Assembly (NCBI GenBank): GCA_038321985.1
Contig: JBBQFN010000057.1
Span: forward strand, 1-16,076
DNA from: Cyanophyceae cyanobacterium
GTDB taxonomy: Bacteria > Cyanobacteriota > Cyanobacteriia > Cyanobacteriales > Laspinemataceae
Reading direction: 5' to 3'
DNA: 16,076 nt
Shown here: positions 7,879 to 16,076 of the stretch, piece after piece
How the letters are laid out: each line of letters opens with the position of its first letter
How positions within the stretch are numbered: the stretch's first letter is position 1
Translations under genes and position numbers: made by a program
The notes under the pieces: model-generated
Database searches by the model: none
The model's input: the letters and a program-made list of their open reading frames with translations, nothing else
Told to the model about the DNA's origin: nothing

Positions 7879-7945
7879 GACCCCACCCTAACCCTCCCCT
7901 TGCCAAGGGGAGGGGACCGGAAGTAAAAAACCTATTTTTGTAAGG
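7879..7945. repeat. 67-bp small dispersed hairpin repeat, copy 2 (inverted relative to 2265-2331)
   Basis: Direct comparison gives 64/67 identity to the reverse complement of copy 1. Confidence 0.9.
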
Positions 7946-8000
7946 CCTCTAAATCACCCAGCTTGGTAGCTAGCTATCCCCAGAAATTGTTAGGGATGCT

Positions 8001-9077
8001 TTAGCGCCGCGAATGCAACGCCAGGGAGTATTCTGCATTGGTAAGAGTCCCTTGCCATAGTTCATACCCCCGGGCATTTAGATGTAATCCATCAGTGGTT
8101 AATTCCGGCTGTAAGTTTCCGGCGCGATCGCTGAACTGAGCATAAAGATCAAGATAGGTGCCCCCTTCTTCCTTGGCGATCGCTGCTAATTGTTGATTGA
8201 TCCACTCAATTTGGCGATTGGGAATCTCTTCTAAACGAGTGGGTAAAATCGATTGTAGAATAACCTGAACCCCAGGATGGTCTTGACGCAGGCGACGCAG
8301 AATCAGGCGGTGATTCTCCAGAATTTCATTCACCCCCAAACCCTGCCGTAAATCGTTAATTCCTGCCAAAACATAAACCGTATCCGGTCGGGTTCCCGTG
8401 AGGGCGGACAATCGACTGAGGATGCCACGGGAAGTATCCCCAGAAATCCCCTGATTCAACCAGATCCGCCCCTCCGGAAGTCGGTCTTGGGGAAACCACA
8501 TACTAATCGAATCTCCCAACAACACGGCCAGCCGATTAGAACCCTGCCCTTTCGCCACCGCTTGTGCTTCTTTCTCTAGCAGGGATTTCCATTGTTCATA
8601 AGTTGGCTGTTCTTGAGCATTGACCCACAGGGATCCATAACTATCGCTGGGAATTCGTGTATAGGTTTGTCCCGCTTGCAATGCCGCTATTCGTTGGCGA
8701 TACATTTGCGGTCCCGACTGTGGACGAAAGGATGGCGTTCGTCCATAAGCGAGGAGTTCGAGTCGGGTATCGGCTTTGGTAAAAGCAGTATTGGACGAGG
8801 CGCTTACCGGATCCGACTGTCCCACAAATTCGGCTGGATAGCTGGCAAAGAGTTGATGACTCAATGCCGAGGGCGATAAACTGCCGATAGAACTAAATTC
8901 GGGTCCACCCATTTCTACGGTAGGAAGTATATCGGCCCTGGCTATCAATTTCCCTTCTCGGGATTCTCTACTAAATATGCTTTGTTCTGGGGGCTTGGGC
9001 TGGTTCGGCACTGCCTCGGATATTGAGGTCTTCATTTGAGTCAACAAACCGATCGCCAGCAATAATGGATCGCTCAT
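8001..9077 (-). CDS. SGNH/GDSL hydrolase (lysophospholipase L1-like esterase) with N-terminal extension
   Basis: Blocks VLLGDSIS (I), NQGISGDT (II), LAGINDL (III) and TTDGLHLN (V). GGAG RBS. Confidence 0.92.
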   Translation of the reverse strand: MSDPLLLAIGLLTQMKTSISEAVPNQPKPPEQSIFSRESREGKLIARADILPTVEMGGPEFSSIGSLSPSALSHQLFASYPAEFVGQSDPVSASSNTAFTKADTRLELLAYGRTPSFRPQSGPQMYRQRIAALQAGQTYTRIPSDSYGSLWVNAQEQPTYEQWKSLLEKEAQAVAKGQGSNRLAVLLGDSISMWFPQDRLPEGRIWLNQGISGDTSRGILSRLSALTGTRPDTVYVLAGINDLRQGLGVNEILENHRLILRRLRQDHPGVQVILQSILPTRLEEIPNRQIEWINQQLAAIAKEEGGTYLDLYAQFSDRAGNLQPELTTDGLHLNARGYELWQGTLTNAEYSLALHSRR

Positions 9078-9330
9078 CCCATGTTACTCCTTCACACACA
9101 CTTCTAAGTTTCCCAGGCTGAATCGATTCAGTCAGGATAACTGCACACCCTTTTTGATGCCTCGACGATACAACCGGATCCGATGAGCGATCGCCTTGTC
9201 TCTTCTGTATGGGTCAAAACTTTAAGCCACTAAAATAACCCTGGCAATTATCATATCCTCTCATGGGAACCCCATAAAAGTTAGGTTGCCAAATCAAGAA
9301 TTTTTCCACTTCTGCCCGAAATCAATCCCT

Positions 9331-9362
9331 AAAAAAAAAGGCGGTATCAAAGATAACCGCCC
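9331..9362 (-). terminator. Rho-independent terminator of the 9438-9932 gene
   Basis: Minus strand GGGCGGTTATC-TTT-GATACCGCC followed by T9. Confidence 0.85.
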
Positions 9363-9437
9363 TTGTCAAAACTACTCATTTTTAGTCTTTCTACGTTAAA
9401 TTGCTAGTTCAGCAAAAGGAAGGATGGAAATAGGATA

Positions 9438-9911
9438 TTATTGCTGCTGCTGATAATATTGCAGAACCTCTTGGGTATAGCCCGAAATTCTTTCATCGTT
9501 GTACTGATTCGGGTCTCCCGCCATCCACCAAGCCGCAGCCCGACGCACCGCTAAGGATTCATCATTGCCACTGGCTTCATACTCCTCCTGGAGTATATCG
9601 CTCATCACACAACCTAAAACTTCTCTAGCTTGGGCTTCATTCGCTTCAAATTGCGCCGGGGTGAGTTCCTCTTGAATGCATAGTCTCGACCAACGGGGAA
9701 TATTATCTGCTTTGATTTGCCAGTCGCTATAGAGTCCGTCATCTGCTGTACCCGTATCTGGTGCAGCCAGTCGCAATGCTTCCACGAAAGACTGGACTTT
9801 GGTTTCGGTGATTTGGGCAGTTACCGGCAGGGCAACTAGCAGTGAACTGCTCAATAATCCACCAAGAATTAGGCTAAATTTTCGAGTGATTGGGCAAGAT
9901 TTCAGAAAGTT
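9438..9911 (-). CDS. Secreted cyanobacterial hypothetical protein, possible lysozyme/transglycosylase-like fold
   Basis: Signal peptide-like N-terminus (RKFSLILGGLLSSSLLVALPVTA|Q); WQIKADNIPRWS...AVRRAAAWWMAG...YTQEVLQYY. Start uncertain (ATG 9911 or 9932 in the ORF track). Confidence 0.75.
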   Translation of the reverse strand, partial: NFLKSCPITRKFSLILGGLLSSSLLVALPVTAQITETKVQSFVEALRLAAPDTGTADDGLYSDWQIKADNIPRWSRLCIQEELTPAQFEANEAQAREVLGCVMSDILQEEYEASGNDESLAVRRAAAWWMAGDPNQYNDERISGYTQEVLQYYQQQQ

Positions 9912-10434
9912 CATAGGGTTAAATATTTGCAATGGGTTTGAAGGGGATGTTATCGTGGGATTCTGTTATTTTTGGGGGCTTCTCTCAAAAAAATTTGGAA
10001 GCTCGTAACAGGTATAAACGACCCATTACCCTAAATGGATCATCCAAAAGATAGAGAATAGAAAATTTATTATCTGAGCAAAATAAATTAGAACTTGGGG
10101 ATAATTCTGACAGAGATTTTCCCCACCCCCTGATTAAGTAGCACAGTTCCAATGACCGGATTCCTCAAACTCAAGGAACTCGGACAAGACGGGGGGCTTA
10201 AATTTTTGAAAGCCAGAAATCTATAATCTATTATTTTTTGAATCAAGGGCGATCGCATCGGGGTTAAGGGCAAATTCTATCCCCGGGATGATTCGGCGCT
10301 GCCCTAATCGTACAACAGTCTGAGGGAGGGAGCTTTCAGGTTTTCCTTAATCCCATGAAAAACCGATGATCCGGTAATTTGTAGGCGATCGCCGGGTCAC
10401 TGGAGATGACATTATTCCTACCCGGAAACGGTCC

Positions 10435-11118
10435 CTAAATCGAATCAGGGCGATCGCTTTTCCCGCCTGGGGCAACTCTGAGCAATTCCCCCCGGGCCCT
10501 CGCCTTATCATCAGCCTTGAAATAAGTTACCAGAGACCCTAATCCTTGATTTTGTAGATACAAATGGGCTGCAATTTGATGCTTACAAAATGATGAATGA
10601 TCGTCAGGATTCCGGCAAGAACATCCATCGCGATTTACCGGGCTGATTTGACCGTTATGGGGATTCCAAATCAAGATTTGGTCGCCGAGTAACTTAACTT
10701 GCAAATCTTCGATCGCCGCTTGATTTTGCCGTTCCAGATAGTCAAATAACTCAGAGTCGGGAATGCTGTAGGCTGTTTCCCCTTCCTGTACCGTCAGGCG
10801 GTATTGACTAATCCCAATGCTAGTAATTTTTTCCCCCTGGCGATCGTTCATTCCCAAGAGGCTCAACAGGGACTGAATCAAATACTTCCGGGAAATGAAG
10901 GTGCAGCCTCTTCCATAGGGGGTACGGTAGACAATATAGGGGGTATTCGTCCGCTTGACGATGCCGAGACGTTCGATGGCGATCGGGCAAGGAACGATCG
11001 CCTTGTCTAGAGATTGCTTTCCCCGCTGAGGTAGACGCTTTGAAGGGGGTTTACTCAGTGGCGGTTGCAGGAGGCTAAATTCTTCGAGGGCGGGGGGTTG
11101 CGGATAGGTCCGGTTCAT
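10435..11118 (-). CDS. SWIM zinc-finger domain protein
   Basis: GCSCRNPDDHSSFCKHQIAAHL fits the CxC-xn-CxH SWIM signature. GGAG RBS. Confidence 0.8.
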   Translation of the reverse strand: MNRTYPQPPALEEFSLLQPPLSKPPSKRLPQRGKQSLDKAIVPCPIAIERLGIVKRTNTPYIVYRTPYGRGCTFISRKYLIQSLLSLLGMNDRQGEKITSIGISQYRLTVQEGETAYSIPDSELFDYLERQNQAAIEDLQVKLLGDQILIWNPHNGQISPVNRDGCSCRNPDDHSSFCKHQIAAHLYLQNQGLGSLVTYFKADDKARARGELLRVAPGGKSDRPDSI

Positions 11119-11157
11119 GCTATACTCCGTCTTGTCTTATCTTGATTCCATTACATT

Positions 11158-11180
11158 AATTGTCAAATCTCTTGACAATT
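11158..11180. promoter_or_regulatory. Perfect inverted repeat AATTGTCAA-N5-TTGACAATT, putative operator overlapping a TTGACA -35
   Basis: 9-bp arms about 40 nt upstream of the SWIM gene start; each strand contains TTGACA. Confidence 0.6.
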
Positions 11181-11269
11181 GATGAGTGATGACTCCTGAT
11201 TGCTATCGAGTCATCTTCTCCTCTCTCTTAGTTAGTCGCTAATAGAGAGTTGTTTTGGTAATTTTCTCT

Positions 11270-11311
11270 AAAAAGCGCGGTACTACTTGGTCGTGGGCAT
11301 CGCGCTTTTTT
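11270..11311. terminator. Bidirectional-type intrinsic terminator downstream of the 60-aa gene
   Basis: AAAAAGCGCGGT...ATCGCGCTTTTTT. Confidence 0.65.
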
Positions 11312-11352
11312 ATGGCTATCTTCTTTAATTTTATTGATAAAAAAACCTAAAG

Positions 11353-11535
11353 TCAAGAGAGTTCTGATTTTTTTAGGTTTGCTTGGTCCGCCAGGGCTTG
11401 TAAAAGTTCCTCTACTAGGGGCATCTTCTCATCCGGGATGACCTTGAGGATATGGGCCGCTTTTACTTTGGGAATGGGGAAGTAAAAGCGCTCTCCTTGT
11501 CCTGTGGCTGGCCGTCCGCCTTTGTTCTTGTTCAT
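11353..11535 (-). CDS. Small putative DNA-binding protein (basic GGRPATG arm followed by strand-helix)
   Basis: 60 aa starting MNKNKGGRPATGQGERFYFPIP; AAAGGA RBS; followed by a terminator. Confidence 0.55.
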   Translation of the reverse strand: MNKNKGGRPATGQGERFYFPIPKVKAAHILKVIPDEKMPLVEELLQALADQANLKKSELS

Positions 11536-11789
11536 TCAGTTCCTTTCAGAACAGCAGGTTTATTGTGCAGTAAAAGTAGGGGGCATTCAGTTGCGGGCAA
11601 TTTCCCCCTCATGTTTAGCCGTCAGGCTTTCCGGGAAGGCGACTGCCCCAAATTGCTCTCGGCTTCAAGGGAAAATTTATCGCCCCTCATTAATTTTAAC
11701 TTAAACTCACTGTTGATTTACCCGAGAAGGGGCGGCGGCCCCTCCTCCAAAAATCCGTAGATTCAGCGATCGGAACAGGCGATCGCCCC

Positions 11790-13031
11790 TTAAGTGGTGT
11801 ACTCGGCGTTAATTTTCACATAATCGTAACTGAGGTCACATCCCCAGGCTTTGCCACTCCCGGACCCCTGTCCAATCTGAACCTGCATCAGCACCGTATC
11901 TGCTTTCAAATACGCACCGGCAGCCGCTTGTTTCAGATACGCACTAGCGGCAGGGCGATCGAAGGCTAAGGGTTGACCGTTTTCCATCAACAAAAAGTCT
12001 CCGAGTTGGATGCGCAGATTGTCTTGGTCAAAGGATACCCCCGCCCGTCCAGCGGCAGCAGCAATTCGCCCCCAGTTTGGGTCCCGTCCAAAGACGGCCG
12101 ATTTAACTAAGCTGGAGCCCACAATGGTTTTGGCAACCCGACGCGCTGCGGCGTCATCTGGTGCGCCGGTGACTTGGACTTCAATCAGGCAGGTTGCACC
12201 TTCTCCATCCCGGGCGATCGCCTTCGCCAGATGTTGACAGACTGCCGTTAATCCGGCTTCTAATTTTTCCGCCTCCGGACCCATTTCGGTAATTGCTGGA
12301 GTGCGGGATTGGCCGTTTGTCAAGGCGATCAGGGTGTCGTTGGTGCTGGTATCTCCATCCACCGTAATCTGATTAAAACTGCGATCAGCTGCTCGTTTGA
12401 GCATATCGTGCCAAAGATGGGAAGAGACTGTGGCATCGCAGGTGACAAAAGCGAGCATCGTCGCCATGTTGGGATGAATCATTCCTGAACCCTTGCAAAT
12501 CCCCCCGATTCGCACCGGACGTCCCTCAATGGTGGTTTCTAAAGCAATGGATTTCGGTACTAAATCCGTGGTGCAGATAGCCTTAGCTGCGGCATCGTTA
12601 CCTTCTGTGGAAGAAGCCGCGACTAATGGCGCAATCCCCGCCCGCAACTCATCCATGCGAATAGGTTGGCCGATCACCCCAGTGGAGGCAATGAGTACGG
12701 AATTAGGCGAAATCGAGAGTTCTCGGGCTAATAAGTCGGCACTTTCGAGGGTATCAGCCCACCCTTGCTCCCCGGTGGCGGCATTTGCTTGTCCCGCGTT
12801 ACATAAAATAGCGCGGGCGCTGGCTTTTTCCTCAAGGCGTTGGCGACAGTAGTCTACACAGGCGGCACGAACAACGGAGGTTGTGAAAACCCCAGCGGCG
12901 ATCGCCTCTACATCGGACCAAATCAATGCCAAATCCGGTGCCCCTGACGGTTTTAACCCAGCGGCAATTCCCGCCGCACGATAGCCTTTTGGAGCCGTCA
13001 CCCCTCCGGTTATTTCTTGCCAGTCTGCCAT
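11790..13031 (-). CDS. argJ: Bifunctional glutamate N-acetyltransferase / amino-acid acetyltransferase ArgJ
   Basis: KGSGMIHPNMATML autoproteolysis motif, VDGDTSTND, ARDGEGAT, GRDPNWGR and C-terminal GCDLSYDYVKINAEYTT. Confidence 0.98.
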   Translation of the reverse strand: MADWQEITGGVTAPKGYRAAGIAAGLKPSGAPDLALIWSDVEAIAAGVFTTSVVRAACVDYCRQRLEEKASARAILCNAGQANAATGEQGWADTLESADLLARELSISPNSVLIASTGVIGQPIRMDELRAGIAPLVAASSTEGNDAAAKAICTTDLVPKSIALETTIEGRPVRIGGICKGSGMIHPNMATMLAFVTCDATVSSHLWHDMLKRAADRSFNQITVDGDTSTNDTLIALTNGQSRTPAITEMGPEAEKLEAGLTAVCQHLAKAIARDGEGATCLIEVQVTGAPDDAAARRVAKTIVGSSLVKSAVFGRDPNWGRIAAAAGRAGVSFDQDNLRIQLGDFLLMENGQPLAFDRPAASAYLKQAAAGAYLKADTVLMQVQIGQGSGSGKAWGCDLSYDYVKINAEYTT

Positions 13032-13067
13032 AGTTGCTTCCTTGAAAAGTTGCCTATTCGAGAGGGG

Positions 13068-13076
13068 ATTATAGCA
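13068..13076 (-). promoter_or_regulatory. Extended -10 promoter element of argJ
   Basis: Consensus TGCTATAAT on the minus strand about 37 nt upstream of the argJ ATG. Confidence 0.6.
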
Positions 13077-13116
13077 AGTTGCGGTTCTCAGAAGGGTGTG
13101 GGTTTGACAACAATTA

Positions 13117-13180
13117 GGATTGGGAAGATTGGGGAGAGTGGTTACTACAAACTTACCTATCCTCCCTATCCCCCCAATCC
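13117..13180. repeat. Imperfect inverted repeat of short tandem purine-rich units directly after the gatB stop (possible mRNA stem-loop)
   Basis: GGATTGGGAAGATTGGGGAGAG...CCTATCCTCCCTATCCCCCCAATCC. Confidence 0.5.
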
Positions 13181-13181
13181 A

Positions 13182-14666
13182 TCACCCGTTGAGCTTTTGC
13201 TCAACCAATTGGTTCGTCAACTTGGGATCAGCACATCCGCCGCTGAGTTTCATAACTTGACCGACGAAAAAGCCTTTGAGCTTCGTTTTGCCATTACGAT
13301 AGGATTCTACTTCCTTGGGATGGGCGGCGATCGCCTCCTCAATCATTTTTTCCAAGGCTGAAGTATCAGAGATTTGAATCAACCCTTTGCTTTCTACCAG
13401 TTCCTTGGGTGAACCGCCTTGAGTCAGCAATTCCGGTAAGATATCTTTGGCAATTTTGCCGCTGATTGTCCCGGATGCAATTAAGGAAGTGAGTTCGGCT
13501 AGAGCTTCCGGCGTCAGGGCGATCTCAGTAATATTCAGCTTTTCATTTTTTAAATAGCCGGTGATATCCCCTTGAATCCAGTTCGCGGCTTGTTTGGCGT
13601 CCCCACCTGCGGCTAGGGTGGCTTCAAAGTATTCGGCAACAGCACGTTCATCGGTAATCAACCGCGCATCGTAGGCAGATAAGCCGATTTCGTTTTGAAA
13701 ACGATGGCGTTTTTCGGCCGGGAGTTCCGGGAGTTCGGATTTCCATTTTTCGAGTTGGGTAGAGGAGACTTCAATAGGTCCTAAATCCGGTTCGGGAAAG
13801 TAGCGATAGTCACTAGATCCTTCCTTACTCCGCATACTGATCGTGCGTTGGCTGCCTTCTTCCCAAAGTCGAGTTTCTTGGTAGATGGGTTCGCCATTAT
13901 TGATTGCTTCGGTTTGCCGTTCGATTTCATACTCGATCGCCCGTTGGATGGCACTAAACGAGTTCATGTTTTTAATTTCGACTTTGACGCCGAATTCCTC
14001 TCGCCCAAAGGGACGCACGGAAATGTTGACATCACAGCGCAGTGACCCTTCCTGCATATTGCCGTCGCTAACTCCTAGATAGCGCACGATCCGCTGGATT
14101 TCTTGGGCGTATTCTGCCGCTTCTTGTCCCGATCGCAGATCTGGTTCGCTGACAATTTCAATCAGGGGAATCCCGGTACGGTTGTAGTCTACCAGGGAGT
14201 AGGTGGAACCCGAGAGGCGATCGCTACCGCCATGAACGAGTTTTCCCGCATCTTCTTCCATGTGCAGACGGGTAATTCCAATCCGCTTAGGGGTGGCATT
14301 TCCCTGTTCGTCTACCCGTTCGATTTCTAGCCAGCCATGTTCGGCGATCGGCAAATCATACTGAGAAATTTGATAATTTTTCGGTAAATCCGGATAAAAA
14401 TACTGCTTGCGGTCAAATTTGCTGTAAGGAGCAATCTCGCAGTTGAGTGCCAGTCCTGCTTTTACGGCGTATTCGAGCACCTTTTGGTTCAGAACTGGCA
14501 ACACCCCAGGCAACCCCATACAGACTGGATCGATGTTGGCATTGGGTATCGCACCAAATGCCGTAGAAGAATTTGAGAAAATCTTGGTTTTGGTACTGAG
14601 CTGACAATGGGTTTCTAGTCCGATTATCGCTTCGTACTTCGTTGTTACGGGTGCAGCTATCGTCAT
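13182..14666 (-). CDS. gatB: Asp-tRNA(Asn)/Glu-tRNA(Gln) amidotransferase subunit B
   Basis: [48 protein letters not shown] and [10 protein letters not shown]. Confidence 0.99.
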   Translation of the reverse strand: MTIAAPVTTKYEAIIGLETHCQLSTKTKIFSNSSTAFGAIPNANIDPVCMGLPGVLPVLNQKVLEYAVKAGLALNCEIAPYSKFDRKQYFYPDLPKNYQISQYDLPIAEHGWLEIERVDEQGNATPKRIGITRLHMEEDAGKLVHGGSDRLSGSTYSLVDYNRTGIPLIEIVSEPDLRSGQEAAEYAQEIQRIVRYLGVSDGNMQEGSLRCDVNISVRPFGREEFGVKVEIKNMNSFSAIQRAIEYEIERQTEAINNGEPIYQETRLWEEGSQRTISMRSKEGSSDYRYFPEPDLGPIEVSSTQLEKWKSELPELPAEKRHRFQNEIGLSAYDARLITDERAVAEYFEATLAAGGDAKQAANWIQGDITGYLKNEKLNITEIALTPEALAELTSLIASGTISGKIAKDILPELLTQGGSPKELVESKGLIQISDTSALEKMIEEAIAAHPKEVESYRNGKTKLKGFFVGQVMKLSGGCADPKLTNQLVEQKLNG

Positions 14667-15265
14667 GAAGGTTTAAATAAGCGACTATGCAATAGTACCG
14701 TTCTTATTTTAGCCTTGCCTACGCCTCCTATCGGAATAGAACCTCGGAATAATCCCGAATTTTCCAAGGCAGTTGACAACATTTAAATCTCAAATTGCCA
14801 ATTCTGTATAAAATATTTTAAGTAATTTTTAATTAAAAATCAACCCCTGTAAATCCCCTAAAAAGACAACGGAAGCACTGATAATTTGACCAAAGCATGA
14901 GACAATAACACCAGCTTTCCCTAAATCCCGGAAGGCAAAAGGGCAACCCGGAAAGAACTCGACGCCGAAACGCACTACCTACAGCTTCAAAACTGGCATT
15001 TAAACTCCGACTTAAGGGCAGCGGTAAGATTGGGCAACTGGGACGGGATCAAAGGAGAGTTGGTTAAGCCCGTGTAAATATTTACACTGGTTTTGCCCGC
15101 CAACTCGTTTGCTCAAACTCCAACGGTGTTTGAGTTGGTGTAGCCGCTAAAAAAGTGGGAATTTATACCCCTGAAGTCGCTAACGAAAAAACCAGGCCAA
15201 GAATGGGGCTATCAAGTTGAACTCCTAGAGATGAGCTGTACCCCAAAAACCGGGTTTTAAAGTGA

Positions 15266-15274
15266 TGGTAAAAT
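15266..15274 (+). promoter_or_regulatory. Putative extended -10 element
   Basis: TGGTAAAAT about 60 nt upstream of ATG 15335. Confidence 0.45.
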
Positions 15275-15334
15275 AGCTCTTAAAGCGGTACGATTTGAGT
15301 GACGGAACCTAATTTACAAACCCGAGGTGTTTTT

Positions 15335-15946
15335 ATGAACGAACTTAGTCGCGATGAAATGCGCGAACGGCTGGGCAATATTGACCAGATTCGTGAGATT
15401 ATTGTGGGTTCACAGATCCGGGATTATAATCATCGATTTGAGCAAATCGAGGCCAACTTGATTTTGTTACAAAAAGAGTTTCGCGATCGCATAGAGGAAG
15501 TCAAAAATTTATCTACCACCGAAATGCGAGGAGCCGTCGAGGCAGTTGAGAAAAAAATTAAAAGTGTGAGTTTAAATACTCAAGAAGATTTGACCGATGT
15601 GCGACAACAGATCGAACGCACAAAAGCCAAACTTTCTCATACCCTGGAATCTTTGGATGAATCTCTCGATAAGCAGATGAAATCCATTCGAGAACAACTC
15701 TTGGAAGTGCAACAAAGCAATCAAGAGAACATCCACACCCTACGAGAGCGAGTGTTTGAAGAAGTCGAACGGCGTTTTTCTAACTTAAAAGAAGGAAAAA
15801 TCGCCCGAGATGATATGGCAGACATTTTATTTGAAATTGGGATGAGGTTGAAAGGAACCGAGTTTGCACCGGAACTCCGGGAAGCAGCCGAAACTCAAAT
15901 TACGGCAGATCTGCTATTGCCCGATCGCCGAAATGGAGAGACATGA
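15335..15946 (+). CDS. Coiled-coil hypothetical protein (RERLGNIDQIREII.G N-terminal motif)
   Basis: GAGG RBS before ATG 15335 (the ORF track starts at GTG 15299); heptad-rich, E/K/Q/L-rich helical sequence. Confidence 0.8.
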   Translation: MNELSRDEMRERLGNIDQIREIIVGSQIRDYNHRFEQIEANLILLQKEFRDRIEEVKNLSTTEMRGAVEAVEKKIKSVSLNTQEDLTDVRQQIERTKAKLSHTLESLDESLDKQMKSIREQLLEVQQSNQENIHTLRERVFEEVERRFSNLKEGKIARDDMADILFEIGMRLKGTEFAPELREAAETQITADLLLPDRRNGET

Positions 15947-16034
15947 TTTAGTCATAGATTTGCTGGACATCTTAGGACAACAAGGTAAATACCAAAGGAA
16001 AGTGAAGTCATCTAATTGATGGTAAAATCAAGCA

Positions 16035-16076
16035 ATGATTTACAAGGCTTTTCGTACCCAACTAAAACTCAATGAC
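16035..16076 (+). CDS. Probable N-terminus of an IS200/IS605/IS607-family TnpB (InsQ) protein, truncated by the window edge
   Basis: ATG 16035 reads MIYKAFRTQLKLND, resembling TnpB N-termini (KAFKT.LKLN). TGGTAAAAT extended -10 at ~16020-16028. Only 14 codons are visible. Confidence 0.5.
   Translation, partial: MIYKAFRTQLKLND

Larger units (their letters stand above)
116..15490. repeat. HIP1 octamer GCGATCGC, about two dozen dispersed copies
   Basis: Examples at 116, 854, 2140, 2203, 2408, 3004, 4090, 4147, 6506, 6561, 7365, 7858, 8124, 8176, 9187, 10249, 10385, 10450, 11779, 12214, 12898, 13327, 14217 and 15483. Confidence 0.95.

Noticed and set aside
13225..13240. GatB C-terminal GGCADP where a basic residue (GRADP/GKADP) is usual
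   Set aside because: A single-base difference that could be a polymorphism or sequencing error; no functional claim can be supported.
12010..14607. Alternative-frame and antisense ORFs within argJ and gatB
   Set aside because: Shadows of conserved housekeeping genes.
14930..15010. c-di-GMP-I riboswitch-like words (GGCAAA...GAAA...GACGC)
   Set aside because: The sequences flanking GAAA do not pair into the required stem. An Infernal scan would be decisive.

Overview
Cyanobacterial chromosomal window. The HIP1 octamer GCGATCGC occurs about two dozen times, and the repeat-rich intergenic DNA suggests a filamentous Oscillatoriales-type genome (inference). From the left: the 5' ~565 codons of psaB on the - strand, running off the window, with no psaA upstream. 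Next is a ~5.7 kb accessory/defence-like block bracketed by mirror-arranged small repeats. It carries an RHH + atypical GNAT + overlapping small-ORF operon, a stand-alone GmrSD-type DUF262/DUF1524 nuclease preceded by a truncated Xre HTH, and a DUF1993 gene. Then come an SGNH/GDSL hydrolase, a secreted protein with a possibly degenerate lysozyme-like fold, a SWIM zinc-finger gene paired with a tiny putative DNA-binding gene, argJ, gatB, a coiled-coil hypothetical gene, and the probable start of a TnpB-like gene at the right edge. The best candidate for an undescribed system is the three-gene RHH/GNAT/small-ORF module converging on GmrSD inside the repeat-bounded block. All family calls come from motif recognition by eye; no searches were run.
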